Assembly (NCBI GenBank): GCA_964016885.1
Contig: OZ024744.1
Location: forward strand, 15,500,001 to 15,564,000
DNA: 64,000 nt
Direction of reading: 5' to 3'
From: Eledone cirrhosa
Taxonomy: Eukaryota
Below are positions 27,633 through 40,735 of this stretch, piece by piece. A program made the translations under genes and the position numbers. Every line of letters begins with the position of its first letter. Position 1 is the first letter of the stretch. The notes beneath the pieces were generated by a model, which saw only the letters and a program-made list of their open reading frames with translations, had not been told where the DNA came from and did not search any database.

Positions 27633-29300
27633 GACACCCTAGATAGAGGAAACTATAGAGGCATTAAGTTACTTGACAAGGTCATGAAGGTCACAGAAAG
27701 AGTTATTACTCAACTGATTAGAGACTGAATTGATGTAGATGAAATGCAGTTTGGGTTTGTGCCAAGTAAAAGCACAACAGATGCTCTTTTCCTTGTACAG
27801 CAACTACAGGAGAACTATCTAGCTAAAAGTAAACCCCTCTACTTAGCTTTTGTTGACTTGGAGAAAGCCTTTGATAGATTCCTACGCACCTTAATCTGGT
27901 GGGCTCTTAGAAAACTAGGAGTGGAAGAATGGCTTGTGAGAGCTATACAAGCCATGTGTAGAGGAACAGTCAGCAAGGTTAGAATTAACAATGAATATAG
28001 TGAAGAATTTAGCGTAATAGTAGAGATTCACCAGGGCTCTGTCCTTAGCCCCCTCCTGTTTATTATTGTCCTACAGGCTATAACAGAAGAGTTTAAGACT
28101 GGCTGCCCATGGGAACTTCTATACACAGATGATCTAACTCTCATAGCTGAATCTATGGCTGAACTAGAGAAGAAATTCCAAACATGGAAGGATGGTCTAG
28201 AATCAAAAGGCCTTAAAGTTAACTTATCTAAGACTAAAGGTCTAGTATGTAGAAAGGAAAATAGGGCACAGGTGCTCTCTGGGAAATGGCCATGCTCAGT
28301 GTGTAAGAAAGGAGTAGGTAGAAATTCCATTCTATGTCCCAAATGCAAACTATGAGTACATAAAAGATGTAGTGGGATCACAGGTAAGCTATCTAAGAAT
28401 GTAGATCTTATGTGTGGCCAATGCTCTGGCACAGGAAGTAAGAAGGATCCACTGGATGTTATGTCCTTCAACTGCTCAGATGGTTCTATAGAAATAGTAG
28501 ACACTTTTCATTACCTGGGTGACAAAATCAGCAGTGGAGGAGACCAGAGTTAGAATGGGATGGAAAAAGTTCAGAGAGCTAATACTGCTGGTGGCCACAA
28601 GGGGTTTTTCTCTAAAAATGAAAGGTATATTATATGATGCTTGTATACAAACGGTGATGTTACATGGTAGTGAGACCTGGCGTTGTGTGCAGAAGACTTG
28701 CATAGATTAGAACGAAATGAAGCTTGTATGCTCCGATGGATGTATAATAGTAATGTGCGCGAACGGCAAAGTATAAACGAATTGAGAGAGAGACTAAGCA
28801 TAAGAGGTATCAAATGTTGTGTTCTGGAGAGGAGATTGCATTGGTATGGACATGTAAGGATGACAGCTGTATAAAAAAGTGCAGAGCAATCAAAATTGAT
28901 GGAAGCTACGGAGTGTTCACTTACACCTCTCTAAAACAATGTTACTGGATCGAGATCTTTGGCAGCATGCAGTTGTACAGAACTTTCCTTGCATACACAC
29001 CTACAGTCAGTAGGCACCTCTTAACCCAATATACACCCCACCCCACACACCCTACCCCATTCTCCCATTTCCTTCCATTGTGTTGGTGACACAACAAAAA
29101 ACACCCAGTCCACACTGTAATGTGGTCGTATAGGAGGCACGGTGAAAAGGCTCCCAGTCCACACTGTAAACGTGGTTGGTGTTAGGAAGGGCATCCAGCC
29201 ATAGAAAACCTGCCAGAGACAGTTCCGTATGAGCGAGACATGGTCTCCCGACCAATCCCGCATCAAATAGAACAAAACCGTCTAGCCCATGCTGATGATA
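27633..29300 (+). mobile_element. 5'-truncated RTE LINE
   Basis: MQFGFVP...DLEKAFD...YTDD, Cys-rich finger, LHGSETW, 3' UTR motif. Confidence 0.93.
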
Positions 29301-29971
29301 AAGATATATATATATATATATATAATGTATACATTCTACTAATGTATTGAGTACCTTACATGGTCTGTGATGAAACCCCAAAACCAACATTAAATGATGA
29401 TGATAATGATGATGATATATCTATATTTCTATATCTATATATAAATGTATTCAATACATACAATTATAGGATCCCAGTGTAAATTGGGAGCGAACCACTG
29501 TCGAAAAGATACTCAATACGCTAGTAAAGTGTAGGTATATTTATTTTATAATAAAAATGATTTTTACTATCTCATCCGTAAGGCTGCAGAGCTCTTATAA
29601 ATATTTACACATACTCTTTTACTCATCTCCATCAAACGTGACAGACCAGCTTAGTGCAATCAATTTATATCTCATAATTACCATGGGTAATATATCTACC
29701 ATTTTACTACAAGTACCAAGCATTCCAGCTATAGGACATGCCACAGAATTGTAGGAACATGTTTGGGTAAATGTTTAGTTTCAGACATGTATTTGCAATA
29801 ATATATATATTTGCCTTAAATTTATGACGATACTGTAACAGTGTTATTTCTATGTACAGGCAAATGTGGTTTTGAAGAGAAACTCTTAACCACACATCAA
29901 TACCTTCTCTTATCTCTCTCTCTCTCTCCCTTTCTTTCTCTCAGTATATATATATAGTGATAGATGCATTT

Positions 29972-30620
29972 TTCCAATTCAGGTGGGTTCTATAGAAGTG
30001 GTTGATAACTTCCGGTACCTAGGTGATCAGATTAGCATGTGAGGGGGGGGGGATTCCGAGGCCATAGTATCTAAAATAAGGACAGGTTGGAAGAGTTTAG
30101 GGAGCTGCTCCCTCTGTTGACAAAGAAGGGTTTCTCCCTGCGTACGAAAGGACGGTTATATGATGCCTGTGTGAGATGCGCGATGCTGCATAGTAGTGAG
30201 ACATGGGCAGTAACTGAAGAAGATATGTGACGGCTGGAGAGAACTGAGGCAAGCATGCTCCGTTGGATGTGCAATGTCAATGTGCATGAACGACCAAGCA
30301 TAAACGAGTTGAGAAAGAAACTGGGTATAAGAGGAATAAGTTGTGGTGTGCAGGAGAGAAGGCTGAGATGGTATGGCCATGTGATGTGCATGGAGGATGA
30401 CGGTTGGGTAAAGAAGTGCCAGGAAGTCTCATTGGGGGGAAGACGCAGTAGAGGAAGACCACGAAAAACATGGGTGGAGGTGGTGAGAGCTCACCTCAGA
30501 TCGCTGAAACTCACGGAGGAGATGACGAAGGACCATGACGGGTGGAGAGATGCTGTGCTGAATAGGACCCGTCCAACTCTTGCAAGCAGGGAAAAGCGGA
30601 TGTAAAATGATGATGATGAT
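29972..30620 (+). mobile_element. 5'-truncated RTE LINE (subfamily B) 3' end
   Basis: RRLRWYGHV...RPTLASREKR, (GAT)n tail; homologous to 23551-24204. Confidence 0.92.
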
Positions 30621-30816
30621 AGAACAGAGAAGGTGTGGCAAGATGCCAGGTGGACCATAACGCACCAGAGTACTCGATACTTAGGGTAGTAGAGTGGGTA
30701 ATAGGAAAAGAGTCAGGACCCCGACGGCTGGGCTCTGACTGTTTCGACAGCTAGATCCGGATCTAGCTGTCGAAACAGCCAGAGCCCAGCCGTCAGGGTC
30801 CTGACTCTTTTCCTAT
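30619..30816 (-). mobile_element. ~200-bp fold-back element, copy A (116-bp palindrome at 30701-30816 plus tail)
   Basis: 58-bp arms with 2 mismatches centred on GATCC|GGATC; tail homologous to 50482-50560; abuts (TA)n. Confidence 0.8.
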
Positions 30817-30849
30817 ATATATATATATATATATATGTATCTATATCTA

Positions 30850-31560
30850 AAGGGTGGGTGGAAAGAAACTCACAATTGAAAATTACTTATAACTTTTCGT
30901 CAACTATGACCATTTGGGACATCAATAACCTTATATTTATGCAAGATGGGGCCTCTCCTCATTTTCCAAGCACTCTCAGTCAATGGCTTAATGTCAAATT
31001 TCCAGGCTGGTTGTCTACATGAATGGCCAGAAAGAAGCGTTTACTTTACTTAATGCCATGTTATTTTATTCTGTGGGGGTTGGCGAAGGAAGAAGTTTAT
31101 ATCTCAAAACCAAAATTCTGACACAATTGAAGGCACTTATTTGTTATGTACTGACACACATACAGCCTGAGTTCTTGATGAAGTCCATCGAGGATATACC
31201 CAATGGATTACAAACACTGGTGCCTATGTAGAATTTTATGCTACTGTACTTCTACCATTATATTGGTCAAAATATGGCGGGGGATTGGCAGTATTGGTAG
31301 AAGGTTGGACGCCATGCTTTGCAGCCCAGAGTTACGCCCCTTTATAGTGTGAGTTCAAATCCCGCCGAGGTTAACTTTGCCTTTCATCCTTACGGGGTCG
31401 ATAAAATAAAGTACCAGTAATGTACTGGGTAATTGCTGGCCTTGTGCCAAAAGTAGAAACAATTATATTGGTAAAAATAAAGCATGTTTTATGAAAATCG
31501 AGCATTAATTAATAAAGTTATTTACAATTTTAAATATGGAGTTTCTTTCCACCCACCCAA
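30850..31560 (+). mobile_element. Internally deleted Tc1/mariner-superfamily DNA transposon
   Basis: 20-bp TIR GGGTGGGTGGAAAGAAACTC (30852-30871 / 31539-31558), TA flanks, transposase remnant FMQDGASPHF...WLNVKFPGW. Confidence 0.85.
31276..31461 (+). mobile_element. tRNA-derived SINE nested in the Tc1/mariner
   Basis: A/B boxes (TGGCAGTATTGG, GAGTTCAAATCC), GCCTTTCATCCTTACGGGGTCGATAAA core; 18-bp TSD ATTATATTGGT(C/A)AAAATA at 31257-31274 / 31462-31479. Confidence 0.9.
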
Positions 31561-31759
31561 TATATGACCACCACCATTTAACAACTATTTTTAATGCTTC
31601 ATGGGTTAGACAGGTCATATGATCACATTTTGTGTGTTAGGCAGGTCATATAATCTCATCTTACTTCTATGACCCATTTGTGGCTTGGTTCATAAATATT
31701 TACTTAAAGATTAATATAACTATTTATCTATCCATCTCGCTCTTTCTCTCTATATATTT

Positions 31760-32214
31760 ATCAACATCACAATTTAACATCCATTTTTCCATGCTTGCAT
31801 GGGTCAGACAGGTCGTCTACATCGAGAGACAAGTCTGGCCAGGACTGTAAATTTGGCTGGGATTTTTACAGCTGGATGCCCTTCCTAACACCAACCATAT
31901 TTACAGTGTGGGACTGGATGGCACAGTTATGAGAAGGGACAGCCAGGTGGCCGTGAAGAACACATCCTTATAGTGGGACAACAGTTTGGTGCAGCAACCG
32001 CATTTGCAGAGTGGAACTGGGTAGCACCACTATGAGAAGGAACAGGCATGTTGGCCATGCTGAACCCTTCTCACAGTGGAACCACAGTTTTGGGACCACA
32101 ACTACGTTTACAGTGTGGAATTGGATGGCGCCGCTATGTGGAGGGAGAGGCCAGTAGGCCACGCCAAACCCTTTCATTAATAGCACCACAGTTTGGGAGC
32201 CTGGACTTGTCCTC
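31760..32214 (-). mobile_element. RTE-UTR-derived non-coding element with three ~103-bp internal repeats
   Basis: RTE tail and GGATGCCCTTCCTAACACCAACC motif; repeats begin near 31904, 32006 and 32110. Confidence 0.65.
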
Positions 32215-35200
32215 AATAGAAGTACGGTGACAGCAATATCTGCGTACGCACCCCAATCCGGACTGCCCGGCACTATAAAAGACCGTTTCTATGAGACACT
32301 GATGCTCACTACCTCCCAAATAACCGACAGTGACTATATAATTATTGCAGGTGACCTAAATGGCCACGTTGGACAACATTGTGACGGCTACGATGGAATC
32401 CATGGAGGCTATGGGTTTGGTACTAGAAATGAGGAAGGTTCCAGAATCCTGGAATTCTGTGACGCAAATAACCTAACTATCTGTAACACTAACTTCAAAA
32501 AACGAGACAATCACCTGATCACCTATAGATCGGGGGAACACACAAGCCAGGTAGATTATATCCTTACCAGAAGACGTGACAGAGTGTCTGTTGTAAACAC
32601 TAAATCCCTCCCCCATGAAGAATGCACATCCCAGCATAGACTCATAATTAGCGACCTCATAGTCAGGACCAGACGTACTCGACAGCAGAAGAGGACTATC
32701 TCCAGGAGAAAAATATGGAAGCTAAAGGACCCCACAGCCAGTAATAAATTTAAAAGCATATTACTTGATACTTTCGACAGTAAGGAAGAGCAATTAGAGT
32801 CGTACAATATAGAAGAACAGTGGGAATTCCTGAAAGCAAACCTGCTGATGCCGGCAGACGAAGTCTGTGGCTGGAGCAGGCCTGTAGGCAGGAGGAGAGT
32901 AACATGGTGGTGGAACAGTAAGGTGGAGGGTCAATTAAGGCCAAAAAGCAGGCTTGGAAAGTATGGCGGGATGGGGGAAGTAGAGAAGACTATCAAGTGG
33001 CCAGGAGGGAAGCTAGGAGACAAGTGTACTTCGCAAGAAGGGAAGCAGAGGAAAGAAAGTTCAAGCATGTGCTACAACGCAAGGACCAAAAACGTGAGGT
33101 GTTCAGGATTGCTAGGCAATGTGTCAAGGAAAACCGTGATATTGTCGGGGAGAAGTGTGTACTTAATGATGATGGTGTACTTGCCATCACTGACGCTGAT
33201 AAGAAGGTAGCTTGGAAGTGTCACTACGAAAGGCTACTAAATGAGAATAAATGGGAGAAAGACAGTCTCCCCCACATCGACCCAATAGAGGGACCAGCAG
33301 TGTTAGTCGAGGGTAGTATAATAAGTAAGGCAATCAAAGATATGAAGACGGGTAAGGCAGCTGGGCCTTCAGAAATAGTTGCTGAGATGCTGAAGGCATC
33401 TGGAACAGTGGGACACACCATGGTCACCCGGATAGTAAACCAAGTCGTACAGAATGGGGTTGTTCCGAAGGACTGGCGTAGCAACATCATCATTAACTGT
33501 TATAAGGGTAAAGGAGATGCCCTAGATAGGAGTAACTATAGAGGCATTAAATTAATCAACCAGGTCATGAAGGTCACGGAAAAAGTAATAGCGCAACTAA
33601 TCAGAGAGAGAATTGATCTAGATGAAATGCAGTTCGGGTTTGTGTCAGGCAAAAGTACCACAGATGCTCTTTTCATTGTACGACAACTACAGGAGAAGTA
33701 CCTAGCTAAAAGTAAACCCCTATACTTAGCTTTTGTCGACTTGGAGAAAGCCTTCGACAGAGTCCCCCGTTCCATTATCTGGTGGGCTCTTAGAAAACTA
33801 GGTGTTGACGAATGGCTTGTGAGAGCTATACAAGCCATGTATAAAGAAACAGTCAGCAAGGTTAGAATTAACAACGAATATAGTGAAGAGTTTAGCGTAA
33901 AAGTTGGCATCCATCAGGGCTCTGTTCTCAGCCCCCTACTATTTATTATTGCCCTTCAGGCTATAACTGAGGAGTTCAAGACCGGTTGCCCATGGGAACT
34001 CCTATACGCAGATGACCTAACACTCATAGCTGAATCAATGGCCGAGCTAGAGAAGAAATTCCAAACAAGGAAGCACGGCCTAGAATCAAAAGGCCTTAAA
34101 ATTAACCTGGCTAAGACTAAAGTTCTAGTTTGTAAGAAAGAAAATAAGGCAGCGGTCCCTTCCGGGAAGTGGCCATGCTCAGTGTGTAGGAAAGGCGTAG
34201 GTAGAAACTCCATTTTATGTCCCAAATGCAAAGTATGGGTGCATAAAAGATGTAGTGGAATCACAGGTAAGCTAACTAAGAACATAGATTTTACATGTGG
34301 CCGGTGCTCTGGTGCAATAAGTAGCAGCAAGTGCCAACAAATACTAGCTCTATCAATTGCGCAGAGGGTTCTATAGAAATAGTGGACAGCTTCCGTTACC
34401 TGGGTGACAAAATTAGCAGTGGGAGAGGGTGCTCTGAAAGTACAGTAGCTAGAGTCAGAACTGGATGGAAAAAGTTCAGAGAGCTTATACCACTATTAGC
34501 CGCTAAAGGGTTCTCCCTAAAAATGAAAGGCAGGTTGTATGATGCCTGCATACGAACAGCAATGTTGCATGGCAGTGAGACCTGGGCATTGTGTGCAGAG
34601 GATATACGCAGACTAGAGAGGAACGAAGCTTGCATGCTCCACTGGATGTGTAATAGTAATATACGTGAACGGCAAAGCATAAACGAACTAAAGAAAAAAT
34701 TAGAAATAAGAGGGATCAGATGTTGTTTACTCGAGAGAAGGCTACGTTGGTATGGTCACGTGATGCGCATGAAAGACGACAGCTGTATAACAAAGTGCAG
34801 GGCAATAAAGATAGACGGTAGCCACGGAGTAGGCAGACCCAGAAAAACCTGGGACGAGCTGATAAATTCCGACCTCACACATACCTCTCCAAGACAATGT
34901 CACTGGACCGAGACCTTTGGCGGTACTCAGTAATAGAGAAGACCCCCCTTACCTAAATACAAAGTAAAACCTACTACAGTCAGTAGGCATCTCTAACAAA
35001 ATACACCCCCGTCTCACCTCCCCCACCCCATCCACACCGCCCCTTTCAATGTAAAGTTATGTTGGTGCCACAATATCCAGGCCGAAACAAATGAGATCGT
35101 GTAGGTGTCACAACAAAAAAACACACAGTCCACGCTGTAATGTGGCCGTGTAGGCAACACAGTAAAAACCTCCCAGCCCCACACTGTAAATGTGGTTGGT

Positions 35201-35468
35201 GCTAGGAAGGGCATCCAGCTGTAGAAAACCCGCCAGACAGTCCACGCTGTAATGTGGCCGTGTAGGTAACACGGTAAAAACCTCCCAGTTCCACACTGTA
35301 AATGTGGTTGGTGTTAGGAAGGGCATCCAGCTGTAGAAAACCCGCCAGACAGTCCTATGCGAGCAATGACAACCACTCTTGCCTCAAGTGGGAAAACTCC
35401 CGTCCAAACCCATGCAAGCGCGGAACATGGACGTTAAACAATGATGATGATGATGATGATGATGATGA
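32215..35468 (+). mobile_element. RTE LINE, 5'-truncated, few lesions
   Basis: ORFs 32227-33210, 32997-34376 and 34331-34933 give APE-RT-PHD-C-terminus; ~110-bp tandem duplication in the 3' UTR; (GAT)n tail. Confidence 0.97.
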
Positions 35469-35700
35469 TATATAAAACCAAAATTAGAATTTTGTTTCTC
35501 GCCCTAACACAGCTGATACATAAATGTAAGTATGCATACGTACACACATATATATATAAATAAACACACACACACACACACATGAACGTGACCTGGGCAT
35601 TACGGTCAGCAGCGATTTGCATACGTACACACATATATATATAAATGTGTGCATACGTACACACATATATATATAAATAAACACACACACACACACACAT

Positions 35701-36450
35701 GAACGTGACCTGGGCATTACGGTCAGCAGCGATTTGCGTTGGACGAGGCACGTCTCTAAAATTGTCAAGAGGGCCGAGGGTGTCTTAGCATCACTCAGCA
35801 AGACCTTTGTCAGCCGCTCTCCAGATATCTATTTAAGGCTGTATACAGCTATGGTGCGACCACACTTAGAATTTGCATCACCAGTCTGGAACCCCTATCT
35901 TGCTCAGGACATTGACCGCCTGGAAACTGTTCAGAGACGTGCAACCAAGCGAATACCCTCCATCAGGCATCTACCATACTCTGATCGCCTTGCTTCCCTG
36001 GGCATGGATTCATTGAAGCTCCGACGCCTGGCAACTGACTTGGTAAACACCCACAAAATTGTTAACCATGTTGCCAACAACAACCCTGAGTGCCTTTTCG
36101 ATTTCCATGTGTCTAACACACGTGGACATGCCCACAAAGTAAGAAAACAGCACAGTTCCCATGACTTTCGGAAACATTTTTTCACGCTCAGAGTTGCTGA
36201 AGCATGGAACAAACTACCTGCATCAGTTGTTAGCTGTCGAGACGCTGCATCCTTTAAGGCCTCCATGCTTCCCGAGATCCGCCAACACTACAGCTAACAC
36301 ATACAAACATGTACTTCCCTGGCATTTGTGTATTATTCTATGTACTATATTGACGAGTTGTAGTGCACCTGAGCACTTTACACAATAATTTCATTATTAT
36401 TCATTATTATTATTATTTTATTATTATTATTATTATTATTATCATTATTA
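35701..36450 (+). mobile_element. CR1-group LINE 3' fragment
   Basis: ERDLGI...YTAMVRPHLEFASPVWNP...VQRRATK...FFTLRVAEAWNKLP; (ATT)n tail. Confidence 0.92.
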
Positions 36451-36769
36451 TAATATACATGTACATATGTACGTATGGAACATTAATAATAATATTCAAT
36501 TTGTTGTAAACAAACGGCCCAATTAAAGCTGTGCCGTGCCATGCCGATGACAAACCGTCATCCATTTGTTCAACACTGGCATTGAGGGACAATCAATAGG
36601 TTTCTGGGTCATTATGCGTCATCAAGACTGTATATCTCTGTCAGTCTGTTGAACGGTTGAAAATATTTAGTATTTTCTTAAGTACAGTTGATACATAAAT
36701 GTAAGTATGAATACGTACACACACACACATATATACATATGTATGTATGGGTTATCTTGAACATTAATA

Positions 36770-36951
36770 ATTGTTTCTACTTGTGGCACAAGGCCAGCAA
36801 TTACCCAGTACATTACTGGTACTTTATTTTATTGACCCCGTAAGGATGAAAGGCAAAGTTAACCTCGGCGGAATTTGAACTCAGATCGTAAAGGGACGTA
36901 ACTACGCTGGAAAACATGTCTGACCCTCTACCGATACTGCTAATTCACCGC
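36770..36951 (-). mobile_element. tRNA-derived SINE
   Basis: Reverse-complement homolog of 31276-31461. Confidence 0.9.
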
Positions 36952-37344
36952 ATTCATGATGAGATATATATATATATATATATATGATGATATAAATATG
37001 ATGATATATATATGATATATATATATGATGATATAAAAAATTTGTCAACGCTTATTAATGGTCAGATCCCATCGTTCCCTGCGAAGTATAATGTAAATGC
37101 CATTTTTCTTATCTCTCTCCAGCCTATCGGTCCATTCATTCATATATCCGTATCTTTTGCTCTCTCTCAATGCTATTCTATAATTCTGTCTGGTTGTTTC
37201 TAAATAATCTTCTTGTATTTTAAAACCCCATTATTCGCTTATTATTACTGTTATATGCTTCTCCAATTATGCCCAAAATCTGAAGATTTCATTTAAACCC
37301 TCTCGCTAACTACACCATACCTCTCCCCCCCCCTCTCCACCATT

Positions 37345-40300
37345 ATTATTAGGACCAATCATAAGTCAGCGGACTATGCTATCACTTCTGGTTGCTTGCC
37401 GATATGATGGATGGACTATAGAATTCTGGAGAGTCTGAAAAATCTGGACACTCAGTGACAATGCTAAAGATAAAGACAAATTCACCACATGCTGCCGGAC
37501 GAAAAGACAATGACTCCTCTTTGTTTCGGCCGCGGATGGCCAACATAACCTCAACCCCATCCCCCTCCCCGCGCCCCACCATTCCCACCCACCAAACGCA
37601 ATCCAAAACTTCAGAGTTGGTACCATGAATGTAGGCACCTTAAAATGTCGCTCTAACGAGATTGTAGAAATGCTTGAACGTAAGGAGGTTGATGTTTGCT
37701 GTATCCAAGAGACCAGATGGAGGGGTGGGTCTGCTAGATTCATTGTGGGTAAAAAACGATGCTATAAGCTTTTCTGGGTGGGAAATGAAAATGGGCTGGG
37801 TGGGGTAGGAATCATGTTAGGAGAAAAATGGGTAGATAAGATAATAGACGTAAATAGAGTCAACGACAGAATAATTAAAATAACACTTGTCCTAAATAGA
37901 ACAACTGTGACAGTAATATCTGCGTATGCACCCCAAACCGGACTGCCTGGTGCTGTAAAAGACAGATTCTATGAGACATTGATGCTCACTACCTCCCAAA
38001 TAACCGACAGTGACTACGTCTTTATTGCAGGCGACCTAAATGGTCACGTTGGACAACATTGTGACAGCTATGACGGAATCCATGGAGGCTATGGGTTTGG
38101 TACTAGAAATGAGGAAGGCTCCAGAATCCTGGAATTCTGCGACGCAAATAACCTAACTATCTGTAACACTAACTTAAAAAAACGAGACAAACACGCCAGT
38201 CAGATAGATTATATTCTTACCAGAAGACATGATAGAGTGTCTGTTGTAAACACTAAATCCCTCCCCCATGAAGAATGCACCTCCCAACATAGACTCATAG
38301 TCAGCGACCTCATAGTCAGGACAAGACGTACTCGACAACAGAGGAGGACTATCCTCAGGAGAAAAATATGGAAGCTAAAGGACTCCACAGCCAGTAATAA
38401 ATTTAAAAGCATATTACTTGATACTTTCGACAGTAAGGAAGAGCAATTAGAGTCGTACAATATAGAGGAACAGTGGGAATTCCTGAAAGCTAACCTGCTG
38501 ATGGCGGCAGATGAAGTTTGTGGCTGGAGCAGGCCTATAGGCAGGAGGAGAGTAACGTGGTGGTGGAACAGTAAGGTGGAGGAGTCAATTAAGGCCAGAA
38601 ATTCAAGCATGTTCTACAACGCAAGGACCAAAAACGTGAGGTGTTCAGGATTGCTAGGCAATGTGTCAAGGAAAACCGTGATATTGTCGGGGAGAAGTGT
38701 GCCCTTAATGATGATGGTGTACTTGCCATCACTGACGCTGATAAGAAGGTAGCTTGGAAGTGTCACTACGAAAGGCTACTAAATGATAATAAATGGGAGA
38801 AAGACAGTCCCCCCTACATCGACCCAATGGAGGGACCAGCAGTGCAAGTCGAAGGTAGTATAATAAGTAAGGCAATCAAAGATATAAAGACGAGTAAGGT
38901 GGCCGGGCCTTCGGAAATAGTTGCTGAAATACTGAAAGCATCTGGAACGGTGGGACACACTATGGTCACCCGGATAGTAAACCAAGTCATACAGAATGGG
39001 GCCGTTCCGAAGGACTGGCGTAGCAGCATCATCATTAACTGCTACAAGGGTAAAGGAGATGCTCTTGATAGGGGTAACTATAGAGGCATTAAACTAATCG
39101 ACCAGGTCATGAAGGTCACAGAAAAAGTAATAGCGCAACTAATCAGAGAACGAATTGATCTAGATGAAATGCAGTTCGGGTTTGTGTCAGGTAAAAGTAC
39201 CACAGACGCTCTTTTCATTGTATGACAACTACAGGAGAAGTACCTAGCTAAAAGTAAACCCCTATACTTCGCTTTTGTTGACTTGGAGAAAGCCTTCGAC
39301 AGAGTCCCCCGCTCCATTATCTGGTGGGTTCTTAGAAAACTAGGTGTTGATGAATGGCTTGTGAGAGCTATACAAGCCATGTATAAAGAAACAGTCAGCA
39401 AGGTTAGAATTAACAACGGATATAGTGAAGAGTTTAGCGTAAAAGTTGGTGTTCATCAGGGCTCCGTTCTATTCATTATTGCCCTTCAGGCTATAATAGA
39501 GGAGTTCAAGACCGGCTGCCCATGGGAACTCCTATATGCAGATGATTTAACGCTCATAGCTGAATCAATGGCTGAACTAGAGAAGAAATTCCAAACATGG
39601 AAGCACGGCCTAGAATCAAAAGGCCTTAAAGTTAATTTGTCTAAGACTAAAGTCCTAGTTTGTAGGAAGGAAAATAGGGCACCGGTCCCATCTGGGAAAT
39701 GGCCATGCTCAGTGTGTAGGAAAGGAGTAGGTAAAAACTCCATTTTATGTCCCAAATGCAAAGTATGGGTGCATAAAAGATGTAGTGGGATGACAGGTAA
39801 GCTAACTAAGAATATAGATTTTATATGTGGCCGGTGCTCTGGTGCAATAAAGAACGGGATGGAAAAAGTTCAGAGAGCTTATACCACTATTGGCCGCTAA
39901 AGGGTTCTCTCTAAAAATGAAAGGCAGGCTGTATAATGCCTGCATACGAACAGCAATGTTACATGGCAGTGAGACCTGGGCATTGTGTGCAGAGGATATA
40001 TGCAGACTGGAGAGAAACGAAGCTTGCATGCCCACTGGATGTGTAATAGTAATATACGTGAACGGCAAAGCATAAACGAACTAAGGGAGAAATTAGGAAT
40101 AAGAAGGATCAGATGTTGTTTACTCGAGAGAAGACTACGTTGGTACGGTCACGTGATGCGCATGAAAGACGACAGCTGTATAAAAAAGTGCAGGGCGATA
40201 AAAATAGATGGTAGCCACGGAGTAGGCAGACCCAGAAAAATCTGGGACGACTTGATAAATTCCGACCTCACACATTTACACCTCTCCAAGACAATGTCAC

Positions 40301-40735
40301 TGGACCGAGATCTTTGGCGCTACACAGTCATACAGAAGACCCGCCTTGCCTAAGTACAAAGCGAAACCTACAGTCAGTAGGCACCTCTAACAAAATACCC
40401 CCCCCTCTCCCCCGTCCCACTACCCCCACCACCACCTTAAATGTGAAGTTATGTTGGTACCACAACATCCAGTCTGAAACAAATGAGGTCGTGTAGGTGT
40501 CATGACAAAAAAAACACACAGTCCACGCTGTAATGTGGCTGTGTAGGTAACACGGTAAAAACCTCCCAGTCCACACTGTAAACGTGGTTGGTGCTAGGAA
40601 GGGCATCCAGCCGTAGAAAACCGCCAGACAGTCCTATACGAGCAGGACAACAAATCTTGCCTCAAGTGGGAAACGTCCCGTCCAAACCCATGCAAGCGTG
40701 GAAGATGGACGTTAAACGATGATGATGATGATGAT
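37345..40735 (+). mobile_element. RTE LINE, near full length with several internal deletions
   Basis: ORFs 37625-38752, 38641-39225, 39283-39900 and 39985-40353; close paralog of 32215-35468; (GAT)n tail. The 5' boundary is approximate. Confidence 0.95.

Noticed and set aside
31276-31360. tRNA gene (also 36870-36951, 50642-50715)
   Set aside because: A/B boxes are present but there is no cloverleaf; these are SINE heads.
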